Source: Pecten maximus (Eukaryota). Taken from it: 64,000 bases of DNA. Below are positions 37,101 to 52,454 of this stretch, in pieces. A program made the position numbers and the translations under genes. The stretch spans positions 24,428,001 to 24,492,000 of the forward strand of contig NC_047030.1 in assembly GCF_902652985.1 (NCBI RefSeq). The letters are read 5' to 3'. The number at the start of each line of letters is the position of its first letter. Position 1 is the first letter of the stretch. The notes beneath the pieces were generated by a model. The model was given only the letters and a program-made list of their open reading frames with translations. It had not been told where the DNA came from and ran no database searches.

Positions 37101-40100
37101 ATCTTGCAGTGAACTGTACCTTTCTGCCTTCCTGTGTTAGAGAAACACACCACAGCAAATTAACATCAAGCACACAAGTATTGGGGAACATAATTAAGAC
37201 AGCGACAAACAGAAAAGGTAGGACGTGGATGTTTCCTGGGATAAAGTAGCTCTGGGCGACGGATGGGTTGTCACCAGAGAGAAGTGTAGGCAGGTTATGA
37301 ATATTCGTTCTAGATCTTCCCTACCACTAATCTCGTATATATTACTTAGAAAGATGCCAGGTGACAAAAAGTTCCATTGCCTTAGCAGACAGAGAGGATT
37401 TTTATCGGTTTGAATTTTTCAAGATTTTTTCCATGGTGTAGATATGGCTAGATCATTACTGGTAGATACATTTGTATTTCAAAATGTCAGAGTATAACAT
37501 ACCATTCAGTTAAATGTAGTCTACGCTAAATTTGAATATTTCTTCGAAAAGATTGAACTTTGAAAACAAATTTTGATTAACTAGATTTATAAATAATTAC
37601 CAAATGCATTTGAAAAAAAACCCGAGACATTGATGAAATGAGATCGAAACCCTATTAGCCTTGCCCATATTTAATGATAAAATTCGTAGTGAAAATCCTG
37701 GAACATCCATTACAGTGTGTACTGTACTTTTAACATGATACCTGTTTTAGAATTTTGGGTAATAACAAATACCAATCAGTCTTTATAATTCATTTCTCGA
37801 TAATGCTTTTGATATGTTAGCCATTACGTCTATAAACGACATTACATGCTGTTAATCAGGAATGGTAACAACCTAAACACGCCCATTTTTTTATCTGTTA
37901 TTTCTAAAATTGACTTTTTCGTTATTAATATGATCTTAATATTTTTCTAAAAAACATTGAATCCAATGTAATTATCAATATTCTAGGAGCATACAGAGGT
38001 TGTTACCATGAGATAAATAAAACACATAAGAATAGTAAAACAAATCAGGTATATATGTAAGTATGGATCCAGTTTCCATTCTTCCAAATATGAATATTCA
38101 AAAAATATAAAACTCAATAAAATCTGTGTTGCCCTCTGGCCCACATGTGCTGGATAAGAAAGGGATTTAGGGAGTGTAACAATTGATAAGGAAAAGGTTC
38201 AACTGTTCAATAAATGGACAGTGCTTGTGATGTAATGTTACAGGTACACCCAATACTTCACACAGACATAAACAAGTACTGATAAGGTCCACCTACCTTT
38301 TTCTGGCTGACTGCCATAGTTCGAACACAGCCGATATGTAGGTCACGAGATGCAGGTACATACTCGTTTTCCTTGGCTATACTCTCAAGAGTAAGCATCA
38401 CTGGCTCCATGCCTTGACGACCCTCTGTACACATCACAATTTTAATATTTTAGCAATGGTGATCTTTAGGGCATCTTATACAGTAGCTCACTAATTCCAG
38501 CTAAAATGTGATATCATAAATGAACAAAGGGCAATAACTCTTCATATTTATATACTAGTCAATATCTTCACACAAACACCTTGAATAAAAAATAGCTCCC
38601 TATTTCAGCAAACAATGTGATATCATAAATGAACAAAGGGCAATAACTCTTCATATTTATATACTAGTCAATATCTTCACACAAACACCTTGAATAAAAA
38701 ATAGCTCCCTATTTCAGCTAAAATGTGTTATCATAAATGAACAAAGGGAAATAACTCTACATATTTATATACTTGGCAATATCTTCACACAAACACCTTG
38801 AATGAAAATAGCTCCCTATTCTAGCTAAAATGTTTTATCATAAATGAACAAAGGGCAATAACTCTACATATTTATATACTGGTCAATATCTTCACACAAA
38901 CATCTTGAATAAAAATAGCTCCCTATTCCAGCTAAAATGTGATACCAAGTAACATAAATGAACAAAGGACAATAACTCTATATAATTATATACTGGTCAA
39001 TATCTTCGCACAAACACCTTCTCAAATTATTCCTTGTGCTGTTTACTATGATTCGCCATTGCATGCATCCGTAGGTCATTATTTATATATGCATCGGTAC
39101 GTCACATTTATTTATCAAAGTATTAAAAGCCACCAATGAATGTTTCTTTTCAAACATAGTATTATATCTATACCTTCTTCTTCTGTTCCTTCTGAAGGCA
39201 CATCTGCCAATGATTCAACATTAGGGAACCTACTATCTCCACTATGGACAAACATAATCCTTGGTTTCGCCATTCCAACAATTTTAAAGCTGTGCGACTC
39301 TTCCTGGTGAACAAATGAAATATGATTTGAAATATCATTCAAAGTCCCAGAGAAAAATATTTATACAATTCATTACTAGTTGTAACTTGTCAAATGAAAA
39401 AAAACTTTGTTATGATGGCATCAACTTCTTTAAGTAGTATATTATATTAAAAGACAAGGAATCCATTCAGTACCAGTTGCTTATATTCCTGTGTAATATA
39501 TACAGAGTTTAACTTAATTCTATAGAAATTGGAACAAGCAGAGTAAAATATTGAACCAAATTACAAAGAAATTATTAGGTTACATACTTTCCCAAATAGT
39601 TCGATTTTGATGCCATCTGAATAGTAGTCACTGGGGTGGTCAGGGGCAAAGGTCACGGTGACCTCAGTTGTACCCCCAGGTGGTATTGTTCCTTCAGACG
39701 GCACCAGATCAAACACGTTTTGACCACTGTTGTTCTGAGTACCTACAAACATAAGAAAGTAGTTAAAACAGGGCACCATAAATATGATATGCCAGTCTGA
39801 ATTTCACTTAAATTTTATTTCATCGTGTGAAATATGCCAGATAAAGATTTTTAAAGCACACGAATTCAATCAAATTCCAATGATTCATAAATGCATTTGC
39901 TTACCAACTTGTGATTTTGCCTTTTTGTCACGCTTGACAAATTCTGGCAGCTCCTGTCCTTTGGTATGTCGTAAGAGTGACAGGCTCTCTAGCTTCATAC
40001 AGTAGTCTATGGACAGCGATGAGGAGTTTTGCATCTGTTGGACACAAATATCACAATAAATGTTTTAAAACTGGTAAACTCCACGAACTACGAAAATTAC

Positions 40101-43100
40101 TTATTTTTCTGTAAGATTATACATGTATCTCTATAACTGCTAACAGTATATTCAATTTAAATCATGCCAGGGGAAATACATATGTATTTAAGAAAAATAG
40201 CGTTAAACTGAAGTTTTTATAAACAAAGAATGCAAAAATAGAACCAAACAGTTGTATCGTCTATTATTTCAAAGCAATGCCTTTCTGTGGATTATGTGAT
40301 TCATTAATACTTCAGGCATGTATTGTACATATAATTCTGACAATAGGAAACATCTTAATTCAATTTCAAGCAAATGATGTCAAAGACAACTAGGAATATC
40401 ATTATATTTTACCTTAAATGTTTTTTCCACATATTCAGATACCAGGACAGCTCCCATATTGAATACACCATTCTCCATCGGCATGCTGAGATCCACAACA
40501 GGATTAACTCCCTTGCCAGCTAGAGTCACGTGCAGCACTGATATCCCGGTATATATTTTAAACACCTCTTGGAACTATAAAGGGAGATAATTCCAACAAT
40601 CAAGGGAGGTAATTTACAGAACTTATACTTAATTTAAAACATTTACTGTTGACAGCTTTAACGAATCAACAGTCACGTGCATTCCATATTTCAAATGCAG
40701 TTTGACATATGATTTACACATTTAAAGTTTTCAATTTTATTGCTTTTTTTTCTGTACAAAATGTAACTGTATATACTATCAAGTTTTAATAAGTTCATCA
40801 TGAAACTAAAAGCTGATTTCATTGTGTGTAGAATTTCCTTTTACATTTCAAAGTAACAAAGTTCCTCGTATACAGCTTCATTAGAAAGCTGTAATTATAA
40901 TCCGTGTGTTCCTTTATCGGGTTTGTACCAGTTGCACTAAATAGTTACGGGACGCAATTGAATAAATATCAAGCGAGTTCCCAAGATGGCAGCCGTCGCA
41001 TTTTCCTATTTACAACGTAACGGATGTAAAATCAATAACTTGAATAGTTCCTTCAAACATTGACTTATATAATTTATAAATGAAGGGTCACCATCTCCTT
41101 TTTAACAAAGAGTAATTTTAAATTACAAATGAAGAATCATATTTCCGCCATCTTGGATCAAAGTGGTACGTTTGAAAATCCAAGAGAACCGGTTTGTTCT
41201 GGGAGTACAGCTCATTTCATTATGAGTACAGCAGATTCGTACCGGTATAACTGGTACGAACATGATAAAGGAATGCATGGAATGTTATAATAGTAGATAT
41301 GACAGTAACACACCATTAGCACTAGTATGATTAAGATATGTAGCTAATTAGCAAAACCATCACTTAATTCTGTAACTACTAGGTATAGATTTACTGTGCA
41401 ATTGTTCTGCTAATCTTCATGCAATAATCTACTGTTATTAATAACCGATATCTTCACTTGTTATTCCATGAAAGACATCAGTAAATCATAAATTACTGAA
41501 TGTTTCAAGCACAATTTCATGTAGACAATATTAATTTTTGTTATAATTACATAACGTTGATATAAACTATTTGAAACAAAGAATCATTTTTGATTAAAAG
41601 CGGGTGCTGTAATTTTTTAAAGGTTTGTTTGTTTTTCAAGTTATTTTCAAGGATGAAATAGTACATCAAAAACATAAAAACGTGTGCTTTAAAAATACCA
41701 TTCACCGATAAAAAATGTCTGGCTTTGTAGTTTCCAGTGTAAAATAATTATCTTTTTTTAATTAATTTGCTTAACATTAAAAATGGGCACGATCGAAAAA
41801 AACAACCTTTAAAGAAGTTATGCGGCTCATCCATAATGGGTGGCCATTTTCACTGTTTCACAAAGGTACAAATTTCAATGGAGAGTCTGACAATGATACT
41901 GAAGAACATTCGAAAAAAAATTAAAACTCGAAATATGTAAAACATACATCGTTGATAAGAAATGGTTTTGTAAAAATTTCTGATAACAAATAATCTCTCA
42001 ATGAGTTTCATTGAGTTAATAATGTATTCTCCGCTAGTTCCTGTAAATCAAAATCATTAGTTACCTTTTACTGGATACATGTAAGTGGGGTTTAAAGCTG
42101 ACATAGTGGCTTTTATCTTATAAAGGCAAAAATATCTACGAGTATTCGGCATTTCAGCCGGTCTAGGGCAGTAGCTATATAGGGGATTAAGGGTTTTTTT
42201 TACTGCGTAAAATCTCCCTATCTTAAGTGAAGTAAATAATTTTCATTGATGTCAAATCAATTTAAAAAAAACAATTTGAATTTCTATTTGTAGAATGTAT
42301 TGTGGAAAAATAGATACATAGATAAAATAGAAACATGCAAGATTATGCTTGAATATAAACAAGTAAGGTAATGCCGACTCAAGTATACACCTTTTCGTAA
42401 TGGGTCTGATGACGTACCTTATAGTGTTTCTCAGTAGTGTAGCTTAAATGGTTAATATTACTGATTTTGTCAGATGATCTTTGCTATGATAATCTCTTTT
42501 ACTGATGGTAAATTGCTGTTCATTTTCTTTGTTAGTTAATGAATGTTGCTCGTCAGCATCCGATTCATTAACTGAAGTCAGTTTCATCAATATTCATTAA
42601 CTTAAGAGAAATGCTTAACGTAATCTTCCCATAGGAAAACATTGCAGATATTAAGCAGGTTCGATTTCCTTATCAAGATTTTTCCCTTAAATTCTGTAAT
42701 GCTTTTCTATGGAGAATTTTAAGTTAAAGGATTCTCTTAAGTTGAGGAACGCTGATGATACCGCTACCCGAAATGTTAATGTTACGGTAAGTTGTTGGTT
42801 TCTGTCTGTGCATTTTACTACCTTAGGCGTACTCGTACATTCATCTTCAGGCAATTCCTCGTCCTGATGGCACAACAACATAGTGTTATGTTACCTTACA
42901 CATAGTCAGGGACTAACTTGTCTTTTACTGATTAAAAACCCACTGACTTGATTGTCTGAGCAGACACCTTATAACTGTTGCGGAAAGACTGAGCTTGGAT
43001 CCTCTTAACTGTCAATGGACAGTCTTAAGTGAATTCTATGTGCTAATTAAGTCAATATTTTCATGAAATTGCTACGTTGTATGAAATACATATGTTAAAA

Positions 43101-46100
43101 AATATCATACAAGGGTCAAATCCTGACAACAAATTTAAACATATCAAATGTAAGAAGCCTTACCATTACTCCAAGATTAATGCTACAGTGTATTCCATTT
43201 TCTGCTGATAGACACATCCCTTATTTTGATATAATAAAACCATTCCATTTTCAGCTGATAAACTCATTACTTATTTTGAGATTAATACTATTCCATTTTC
43301 AGCTGATAGACCCATCCCTTATTTAAAGATTAATGTTATTCCATTTTCGGCTGATATACCCATCCCTTATTTAAAGATTAATGTTATTCCATTTTCGGCT
43401 GATATACCCATCCCTTATTTGAAGATTAATGTTATTCCATTTTCGGCTGACATACCCATCCCTTATTTAAAGATTAATGTTATTCCATTTTCGGCTGATA
43501 TACCCATCCCTTATTTAAAAATTAATGTTATTCCATTTTCGGCTGATATACCCATCCCTTATTTGAAGATTAATGTTATTCCATTTTCGGCTGATATACC
43601 CATCCCTTATTTGAAGATTAATGTTATTCCATTTTCGGCTGATATACCCATCCCTTATTTAAAGATTAATGTTATTCCATTTTCGGCTGACATACCCATC
43701 CCTTATTTGAAGATTAATGTTATTCCATTTTCGGCTGACATACCCATCCCTTTCTTTGTGAGATTAATGTTATTTCATTCTCACGCATTAAGCCCATCCT
43801 AATGCCCAGCTAAAAATAACTTAACTCTCAAACCCTCTTCTTTTTTCAATAGAAAAACTGCCATGTGACTGTTTAACCAAAGCAAAAAAAAATATTATCT
43901 AACCCACATATTCATGGAAATCAACTTCCAGTAGGCATAAACATATAAAATACATTATGTATTGGTTTATTTATGAAACTATATGTGTATTTAACCAATT
44001 ACGTAGTGACAAGTACAGTGTGTGCGATATCAAAATTGTGATGAAGGACCAACATTACAGTACAGAAACGTTCAAACTGTGAAAATATTGCAAATAAAAA
44101 ATTCAAGCAAAACAGGTACCAGGTAATTTCTTACTCCTATAAAAACTGGCACTTGCGGAAAACTAACTATCATAATCAACAATTCTAAATAGCAAATAAA
44201 CAAAATAATTCAAAATATTCTGAATTAAACATGCTTTAAAGTTACCCAACTCTGAAACACCAAAGGAATACACTGTTAGAAAATACAATGATTGATGTTG
44301 CAAACAGTTCCTGTAGTACCGGATATTGTAAAATGTATTCTTCACATTTGAAACAATAGCTCAGTGTTGTTTTTTTTTTCAATTTTAAATAAATCTTTAT
44401 TGGTATGGAATGTTTTTGAATGTGGTGCTAATCTTTTTAAGTAGATTTTTTAAGTAGCTTTTTATTTTTTTCAATTTGATAATATATTACTTTACTTTAT
44501 TTATTATTTCTTTTTATTATTCATTTATTTTTGAAACTTAAAAAAACCCATTATAAATCAATATAGAAATATTTTCAAAATAACAAAGATTTTGGGCGTT
44601 CCATTGCTGTTTTTTAATAAGTGGTCCTTGGTGTCACAATCAGTGAACCACGACTTCATGATAAGTGAATCATGGCATTGAAATCAGTGTAGAGTAGTGT
44701 ACCATGATTTTATAAGATGTCAACTATGATATTGTGATCATTAGACCACGATTTCATAATCAGTCTGAACCATGGACTATTTCATAATCAGTGAACCATG
44801 AACTTTCTATCGTTGCACCATTCCATTATCCCTGGAGCTTCATATTATGATTAATAGATCTTGATATTGTATTCGATGGACCCTGATAATGTATCCAATG
44901 GACCATGATATGCTAAAAAGGTAGTTGTTTGATTTTTTTAATTTTTTTCTTTTTAACATAGATTTTTTTCCCCCATTCAAACCCCAAACTTTTGCAGACA
45001 TGTGAAATATTCATGATATTTTAGACTTACCACCCGGCCAGCTGTCGGCGTGAATGACATCAGAAGGGTGTGAGTACCCTCTGGTGGCAACAATCTCAGA
45101 GCATTTAACATAAGGAACGGACCTGATGTGTCTGGGATGGAAGAACGCAGCTGCAAATATATATATATATATATATATACATGTGAATAAATAATTATGG
45201 ATGAAATATCTTGAAATTTATTGTTTCCGGTAATGGAGAAATGGAGGCTGCTGCTATGTTAATTATTGCATGGAAGGACACTAAATCTGTGAATAACTAT
45301 GTATGTTTTATCTTCATGAACTGAAGCTATACTTTGATAACAAGATACAGAAGATGGAATATCCAAAAAAAGACAATATTAAATGTCAATTTATCTTAAA
45401 TTAACTTAAATAATCTAAAGCCAACCTACCATTGTTTGAACAATAATTTCAGGCTTTATCTATCAAATTAGCTGTCAAGCCTAGATCAATAAATTGTTAC
45501 AATTTTTATATTGGTGCCATGTTTAACCAGGCCTACAAACAACATTATATCAAATGAAATCGATTTTTTTTATTAACATTGATTTGCTTCATATGAGACA
45601 ACAAAGCCAACCCTCACTTGCTTCTACTGGTCTGTATTGTTCTTTTCTATACACAGCATTGGAGAGGGACAGGAATGTATCATTCATTCATACACAAAAT
45701 TAAAATAAGTCCTAATTCATAGTCATGATATATTCTAAAATATTTAAGGCGGTGTGTTATACTGTATAAGAAAATCTAGGAAAATGAATTCCTCTCATTT
45801 CAACATTGTCATTATGGCTGTCATAAGGTAGAACTTACCTCCACGTGTTTGTTAGAGATATTCTGTATAGTGATTGTTTTGGTAATGTTTTGGCCGAGAG
45901 ACACTTCCCCAAAGTCCAGACAAGTGTTACCATTGTCAGATATTACCACCAGAGTAGGTTTCACAATCGGACAGTGAACTTCTAAGTACAGTGTGTTGTG
46001 TATACTGAAACAGGAAAACAATAACAATGATCAGTTCAGACATTTGAATGTTATATTACGATGTTTACGGAATCGAACAGTAGGTGGAAATTAAATCTGT

Positions 46101-49100
46101 GCGACACAATCCCACCGCTGGCACCAATTTTCACTATCAGTATCTGTGAGACACAATCCCACCGCTGGCACCAATTTTCACCATCAATATCATGGTCTAG
46201 ATAAAGGTAGCAAGAGAGAATCGACACAATTTCCATGTATAGAAGTAGTCGCATTGAATTTGATTCAGGTTCAATTAAACAAGAATGTAAAGGAGCAATT
46301 GTTATGCCAGCAATTAAAGTAGCTACAGTAAAATTTGTTATTTACAGAAATTAGTGGTGACAATGATGTTCGAGGTATTTGTGAAATGATTCTGAACACA
46401 AACCAAAAGTTTTGCTGTGACAATAAAGATGCTGAAGATGAAGCCATATCCGTACCTGTAAGGGAGTTCACCTGGATTTGAACACTCCCCAGAGGCCACA
46501 TAGCAGGGTATAGTGTAGGATCGGAAACTCCCACGGAATTGTCTCAACAGTGATCCTTGAGCTGCAGTGTAGGATGGGGTCCTGTTACAACAACAACACA
46601 AGTCTGTACTCTTACATGTAATATACAACAGTTTGTTTTTGTTTAACGTCCTATTAACAGCCATTTAAGGACGTGCCAGGTTTTGGAAGTGGCAACTGCC
46701 CTACGTAGGTTTCGAACTCGCAACCCAGAGGTGGAAGGCTTGTGATTTAGTGTCAGGACACCTTAACCACTCGGCCACTGCGGCATTTGAACACTTTAAC
46801 ATTATTTATCATTATACAGATAAAAGTGTCTCTTCTACCTGGCATTGTTTTGTCTTCAAGTACTGGAAGAATTGTTTAGATCAAGTCTCAACCACACAAT
46901 CCTTAAATCTATAGACAGTATATAACTGATGATATCTTTCTATAAATGATATGTTCAGCTTGACTTACGATCGGGTGATGGACTCCAGCGTGGGTGGTGT
47001 GATAGGACGAGGACCAGCTACAGTCAGATTTGGAGCGACTGGTGAAGATTTGCCTTTGGCTGCTCCTTTAGCCCCACCTTTATCCTTGGCCCCTGGCTTG
47101 GCATTCTTAGAACTAGCCTGGAGTAACAACATCAAAATTTCTAAAAAATGACTAGAAAATATTTATGAAGCTTCTCTGTGTAACCCTGATCTACTTTAAA
47201 TTAATGAAAGTGAGTGAAGTAAAAATATGTCTAAGCTACGATTTTTTTTATTTTTTTTTTTCAAAATTTCAAAATTCCATTAAAACATTTTTAGTGTTAC
47301 ATGTAAACCCAAAACGGAACTTCAAGCGAAATTAATGTATCGAAAATGAAATTACTGACTGAGAAAGGATTTTACATTGGGTGTCATTCATTAAGCAGAC
47401 GACACTTACTCTCCTAAAACACCTGGTCATATTTCCTTATACATTTTCAAGGGTCTCCATGCAAATCTATATTTTTTTGTTCATATTTTGTGTTATCTTT
47501 CATTTTTGTACAAAGTCTACACACAAACTATGATGGAGAGACAGAACGAGAGAATGATAAACAGTTTGTATAGACCTTGATTATGTTGGGGATAAAGTAA
47601 AGAAATTTACCTGTGCCTGTTCTTGTTCCTCCTTTTCCTTCCTCAATTGCTCCTGATAATCTCGTTCAGCTTTCAATTCCAACATCTTTGTTCCCATTCG
47701 CACAGCTTCCTTCTTAATGCTGTTCTCTGGCAGTGATGGAGTGAAGCGTATCTGAATGCGGGTTTTCTTTTAAAAAAAACAAAAAAGTTTAATGATATTA
47801 ATGATCTGAATCATCCCATACTTTCAATTATATCAATTTAACAAGTGTGTTTTTGGCATCTAATAATGAAGGTTTCATTTCTGTGACAGATCTTCATTGT
47901 TTTTAGTCCATTTTCAAGTGACATTACAGTTAAAAACAAACAGCTTTTCACTTTCAGCTGTATATGGATATGCTTTCTATTGCCATTCAACACTGATCAC
48001 TAGTCAAACATTTTCAATCTTTTTTAGCACTTCATAAAATTTCAAAAAATTCTAGCCCTAAGTTAATGTATTGTCAAAAGTGTCTCTCTTGAACATATAC
48101 CTTTCCTGGTTCTATAGTTCCAACTGATGGAGAAATAGTGAGTGGGGCTCCTTCAGGGACTACAAACTCAAATGATGTGGGACCCACAGGGGCAATGTCA
48201 CCTGTAAGAGAAATTATATTTAAAATTCAATTGTTATAAGTTTTCAAGAATTTATTCGAAGCCAATATATTTGCCAGTGTAGCAGGGTGAAAACCACATT
48301 ATACCTATGTTGCTTTGTCTAAGGTAGACAGCAAAAGTTGACTAGTTTAGTCTTACATTTGAGTTAAACGTTTTTGGTTGGTTTGGTTTGTTTAACGTCC
48401 CATTAACAGCCACAGTCATTTAAGGACGTGCCAAGTTTTGGAGGTGGAGGAAAGCCGGAGTACCGGGAGAAAAACCACCAGCCTACAGTCAGTACCTGGC
48501 AACTGCCCCACGTAGGTTTCGAACTCGCAACCCAGAGGTGGAGGGCTAGTGATAGAGTGTCAAGACACCTTAGCCACTCAGCCACTGTGGCCCCTGAGTT
48601 ATATGAGACAGTGAATACTGTCACCAAACATACAAAGATACGAATGTCAACATCGTAGGTTGCTTCCTGCAGAAAGCCAAACCACGCTTTACACTCACTA
48701 TACACTTAGGCTCTGTAGCCATCTCTCACCTTTGCCAATCCTGGGTACAGGGTGTGTAAACTCGTTGGTACTGGTGTGCGAGTTGACGACATGAAGTGAC
48801 GCTGTCGACACATCATAGAGGGCAGTGGCGGCAAAGTGTACAACCTGGTGGCTCAACTCTAACGGCGGGTGTACCCCAACACCCTTACACTGGATTTTAA
48901 ACTCCCTACAAAACAAAATCACACATCTTTGTATGCTGTATTGCTTTTAAACTTCCTAAAAATACTATTACTACCTGTGACCATTTATTCTCATTCAAAA
49001 TATTTTGATAAATCACCTTTGTATGAATTTCTAGAAATACCCCATATTTAAAAAAAAACATCAGTACTTTTCGATTTCATTTTCTGAACATTTCTGTAAC

Positions 49101-52100
49101 AACTTTTTTTCTTGTCAACTTTACAAGACAATATGATGGCCATTACCATCTATTTTGGGACCATTTGAAAATAAGGAATTGGAATTTTGCAAAAAAAATT
49201 AAATAACTTCAAAATGGGAAATGGGAATCGCTGTCATTGTAATGACAAATTCTGAACAGTTACACATTTAAAGCTGGTAGAATTCTATGGAAAGTGAAAC
49301 TTGTAAAAGGAATTCATATCTTTTATTAGTGCAATATATTGTATCTACTTAGGCTGAGTAGGTTCTGAGTGAACTGTATACACACCTGTATCAAACACAA
49401 GTCTGAAAGAAAGATATAAATCATATCAAAAATATGATAATGGAAAACTCACAAATTTAATTAACAAATATTTCATACCTGTTTATCAGTGACTTGCAAT
49501 TCAATTCAAATTTATAATCCCGTGCTTTCTTTGGACTGAATATGACCTCAAGGTCAATGGTCTCCAATGGTAGCAATGTTCCAAATCCGTCATCAGGTTG
49601 TACCTCCAGATACTGCAAAACAATCATTCACATTTTGACTTTTTCGGTCTATCACAAGAAAAGCATATTTGTCAACTTCTCTAGTTAGAATGGAAACTCT
49701 ATATTAAATTTAAAATTAAACATATCAAATTATCTGCAATTTATTTACTATTTGAAATTTCAAAAATTAAATCAAATGATTCTAACGAAATTAACACCTA
49801 AAATATGCCATTTTAAAAGTATGAGTTTATTATGAGAATACAATGTAACTATAAAAGACTGAGAAATTTGAACATGCTTAAATCTCCAATGGAAATACCA
49901 AAAACATTGAAACTACATAGAAACACCAAATGACTTAATGTATTCTAAGTATAAGAACTTTAGATTCCATCTAGACTTGCTACTGGAAACAACATTGATA
50001 AGAATGTCTATACTTTGAAAGACAAGTATTACTGTATCGCCAGTTATTTTCGCGGGGATGATATTTTAGCAGGCCAATGACGTGGTCGCGAAATTTGATC
50101 TGTGAAATAATAAGACTGCAGCGTATGTTATCCATCTATTGCAGGTAAATCTGTCTGTATGTTGAATTGTATCATCATAACCATTTCGGTCACCTCGATT
50201 CATTCAAGGTTATTATGACAATTATCATTGGTCTTATCGATTGTGTACTGGATCAATAATCATGTCATCACTTTCCTCTGATAACCAGATCATGAGCTTT
50301 TAATTCCTTAACAAAATTTCTTTTTTTTTTAAATGAAATTGTGAAATTTCTTAACCGCGAAAATAACCGGCTATACCGTACCCTTGATACAAAATTGAAT
50401 TCCATTACTACATACATCAGGGAGTCCCACAAAGCCATACTCCTGAGGAAGGATGGACTTATTGGCGAGTTTAATGGTGGTTTTCACAGATTCGTAGATG
50501 GTACAGCATCCAAAGTCAATGCTGGTCGTGTCAAACTCCATGTCTGAGGTTGTCACCACAGCTTGTACGGTAAACGGCACAGGGGCAGTCTGTAAAACAA
50601 ACTCAATTATCATAGGACCAATATGCAGAACAAAATTAGCAACAATCATATTTGCTTGGGAAACATTAACTATTTCTTTATCAAATATCAACCGAAGATT
50701 TGATGTCGGAAATTTCAAGACAGCTTTCATGGCATCTCGATTTTCGGATGTTTTACACAGAAAACGCTTATATTTTTTGTCTGTTTTATCATTATTGATA
50801 TTTTCCGACAATGTTTTAAAAGAATTGTCAACGGTTGTGGTGTGTCATTATTTTTTCAGCTCTATACCTTCGGAGACAGAATGCCCCTTTAAGATAACTT
50901 TTTAGACATGTACTAAACCTCAAAAACTTTGAATTCATTGAGAGATTTCTCAGTCTGCATCACATAGGGGTGATAGACATTGTTACTTCTACAGGGAAAC
51001 ACACCTGATCGGCTACTCTAATAGTCATAGGAGCTTCCAATACCCCTGTTTCTTTGTCAAAGTACTTCCCTGCCTCCTCAAACAGACTTTGTCTATAAAA
51101 AGAAAATCATCTTCTGGGTAAACATTTATTGAATTATGTGTGTGTTTATTGAGTATTATTATCAAACTTTCCCAGCAACACTGTGGGAACTTATTAGTAT
51201 GAATTGTGGACGTAAAATTTCAATAAATTTTCAGTAGAAAGTGAGAAAGGCGAGACAAACCTGGGCAGGAACTTGAGCTGAGCAGAAAATTGAGACTGTG
51301 CCTGTATGTAGCCAGTTTTAGGGAGCAGTTCAAGGTGGTTCCTCAACTCCTTACACACTTCAAACTTCAAACGTAAAGCTGTTGTCGCCCTGTAAAGCAT
51401 GGAGAAATTCTCTAAAATAGATCTTAATTCAAATTCATTTGGTGAATGAAATATCAATCAATTAAAGAAAAATAGCCAATTATACACATTTCTTTATTTT
51501 CTATTAATCCAAATCACATTTCCAGGAAGTAATTAGAGATTGAAGAAAAGAAGTTGGAAAAATTAAAAGGAGAAACACATGTCTACTCCTTAGAATTTGT
51601 ATTCAAAACGTAAATGTTCCAACTTCCAAAACAAACAAATAATTGCAAGAAAAAAAGCGTTTTTTTTTTTTTTTTAAATTAGATTGCCTTTTTTGAATTT
51701 TTGTTTTAATAATCTCTAAAATGACAAAAACTACATCCCCTCCATAAAACTTTGGACACAACGTTTCTTGTTGATAAATAGCAACTTACTGTTCTTATCT
51801 AGAATACAACCATTTGTTTGTTGAAAATGTTTTTGTTTCAATTTGATGAAAATGTTAAATAAAACATTGAAGAATGAAGAAAATCAAATCTAAAATATTT
51901 TCCTATTCCCCCCCCCCTCCCCCCCCCCCCCCCCCCCCCCACAATTTTACTGATCAGAAATAGTTTGCTTTTAAATCAAAATAAACCTGAAAGTAATTAA
52001 TGTAAAACAAAACTTAATCAAATTATACATTTTTAATTAATCAGTACCACATATATATATATATGAGTAATGATTCCTGTAAAATTTAAAAGATTTTGAC

Positions 52101-52422
52101 CTATTAGTTTAAACGGTAATATTATATTTCATTTTGCAATAACAAGCATTTTTAAACATTGTATATTGGGATTGAAAAACAAGCTAAAATCTAAATTCTG
52201 ACCTGTTGTTGACAATGACGGTGTCCTGGTAGAGGCGGTCGTACATACAGATCCGCAGGTCAATGGTTTGTCTCTCCACCCAAACTGGTACATCAATAGC
52301 ATTGGCCAAGGCTTGTACCGAGATCTGTCCACAAAATAAACAGTAATTATACTACAAGTACAGGCTAGTATAGATATGCCACAAGTCAGGGACTTATCTA
52401 TGGTCTCTTAGGGCCTGTATAG

Positions 52423-52454
<32 letters not shown>

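Noticed and set aside
42400-42780. Hammerhead ribozyme cores (CTGATGA at ~42405 and ~42753)
   Set aside because: No pairing stem II followed by GAAA and no stems I/III could be drawn.
43419-43802. 127-aa repeat protein (KINVIPFSADIPIPYL)n
   Set aside because: 48-bp minisatellite in a CFAP74 intron; open frame is expected by chance.
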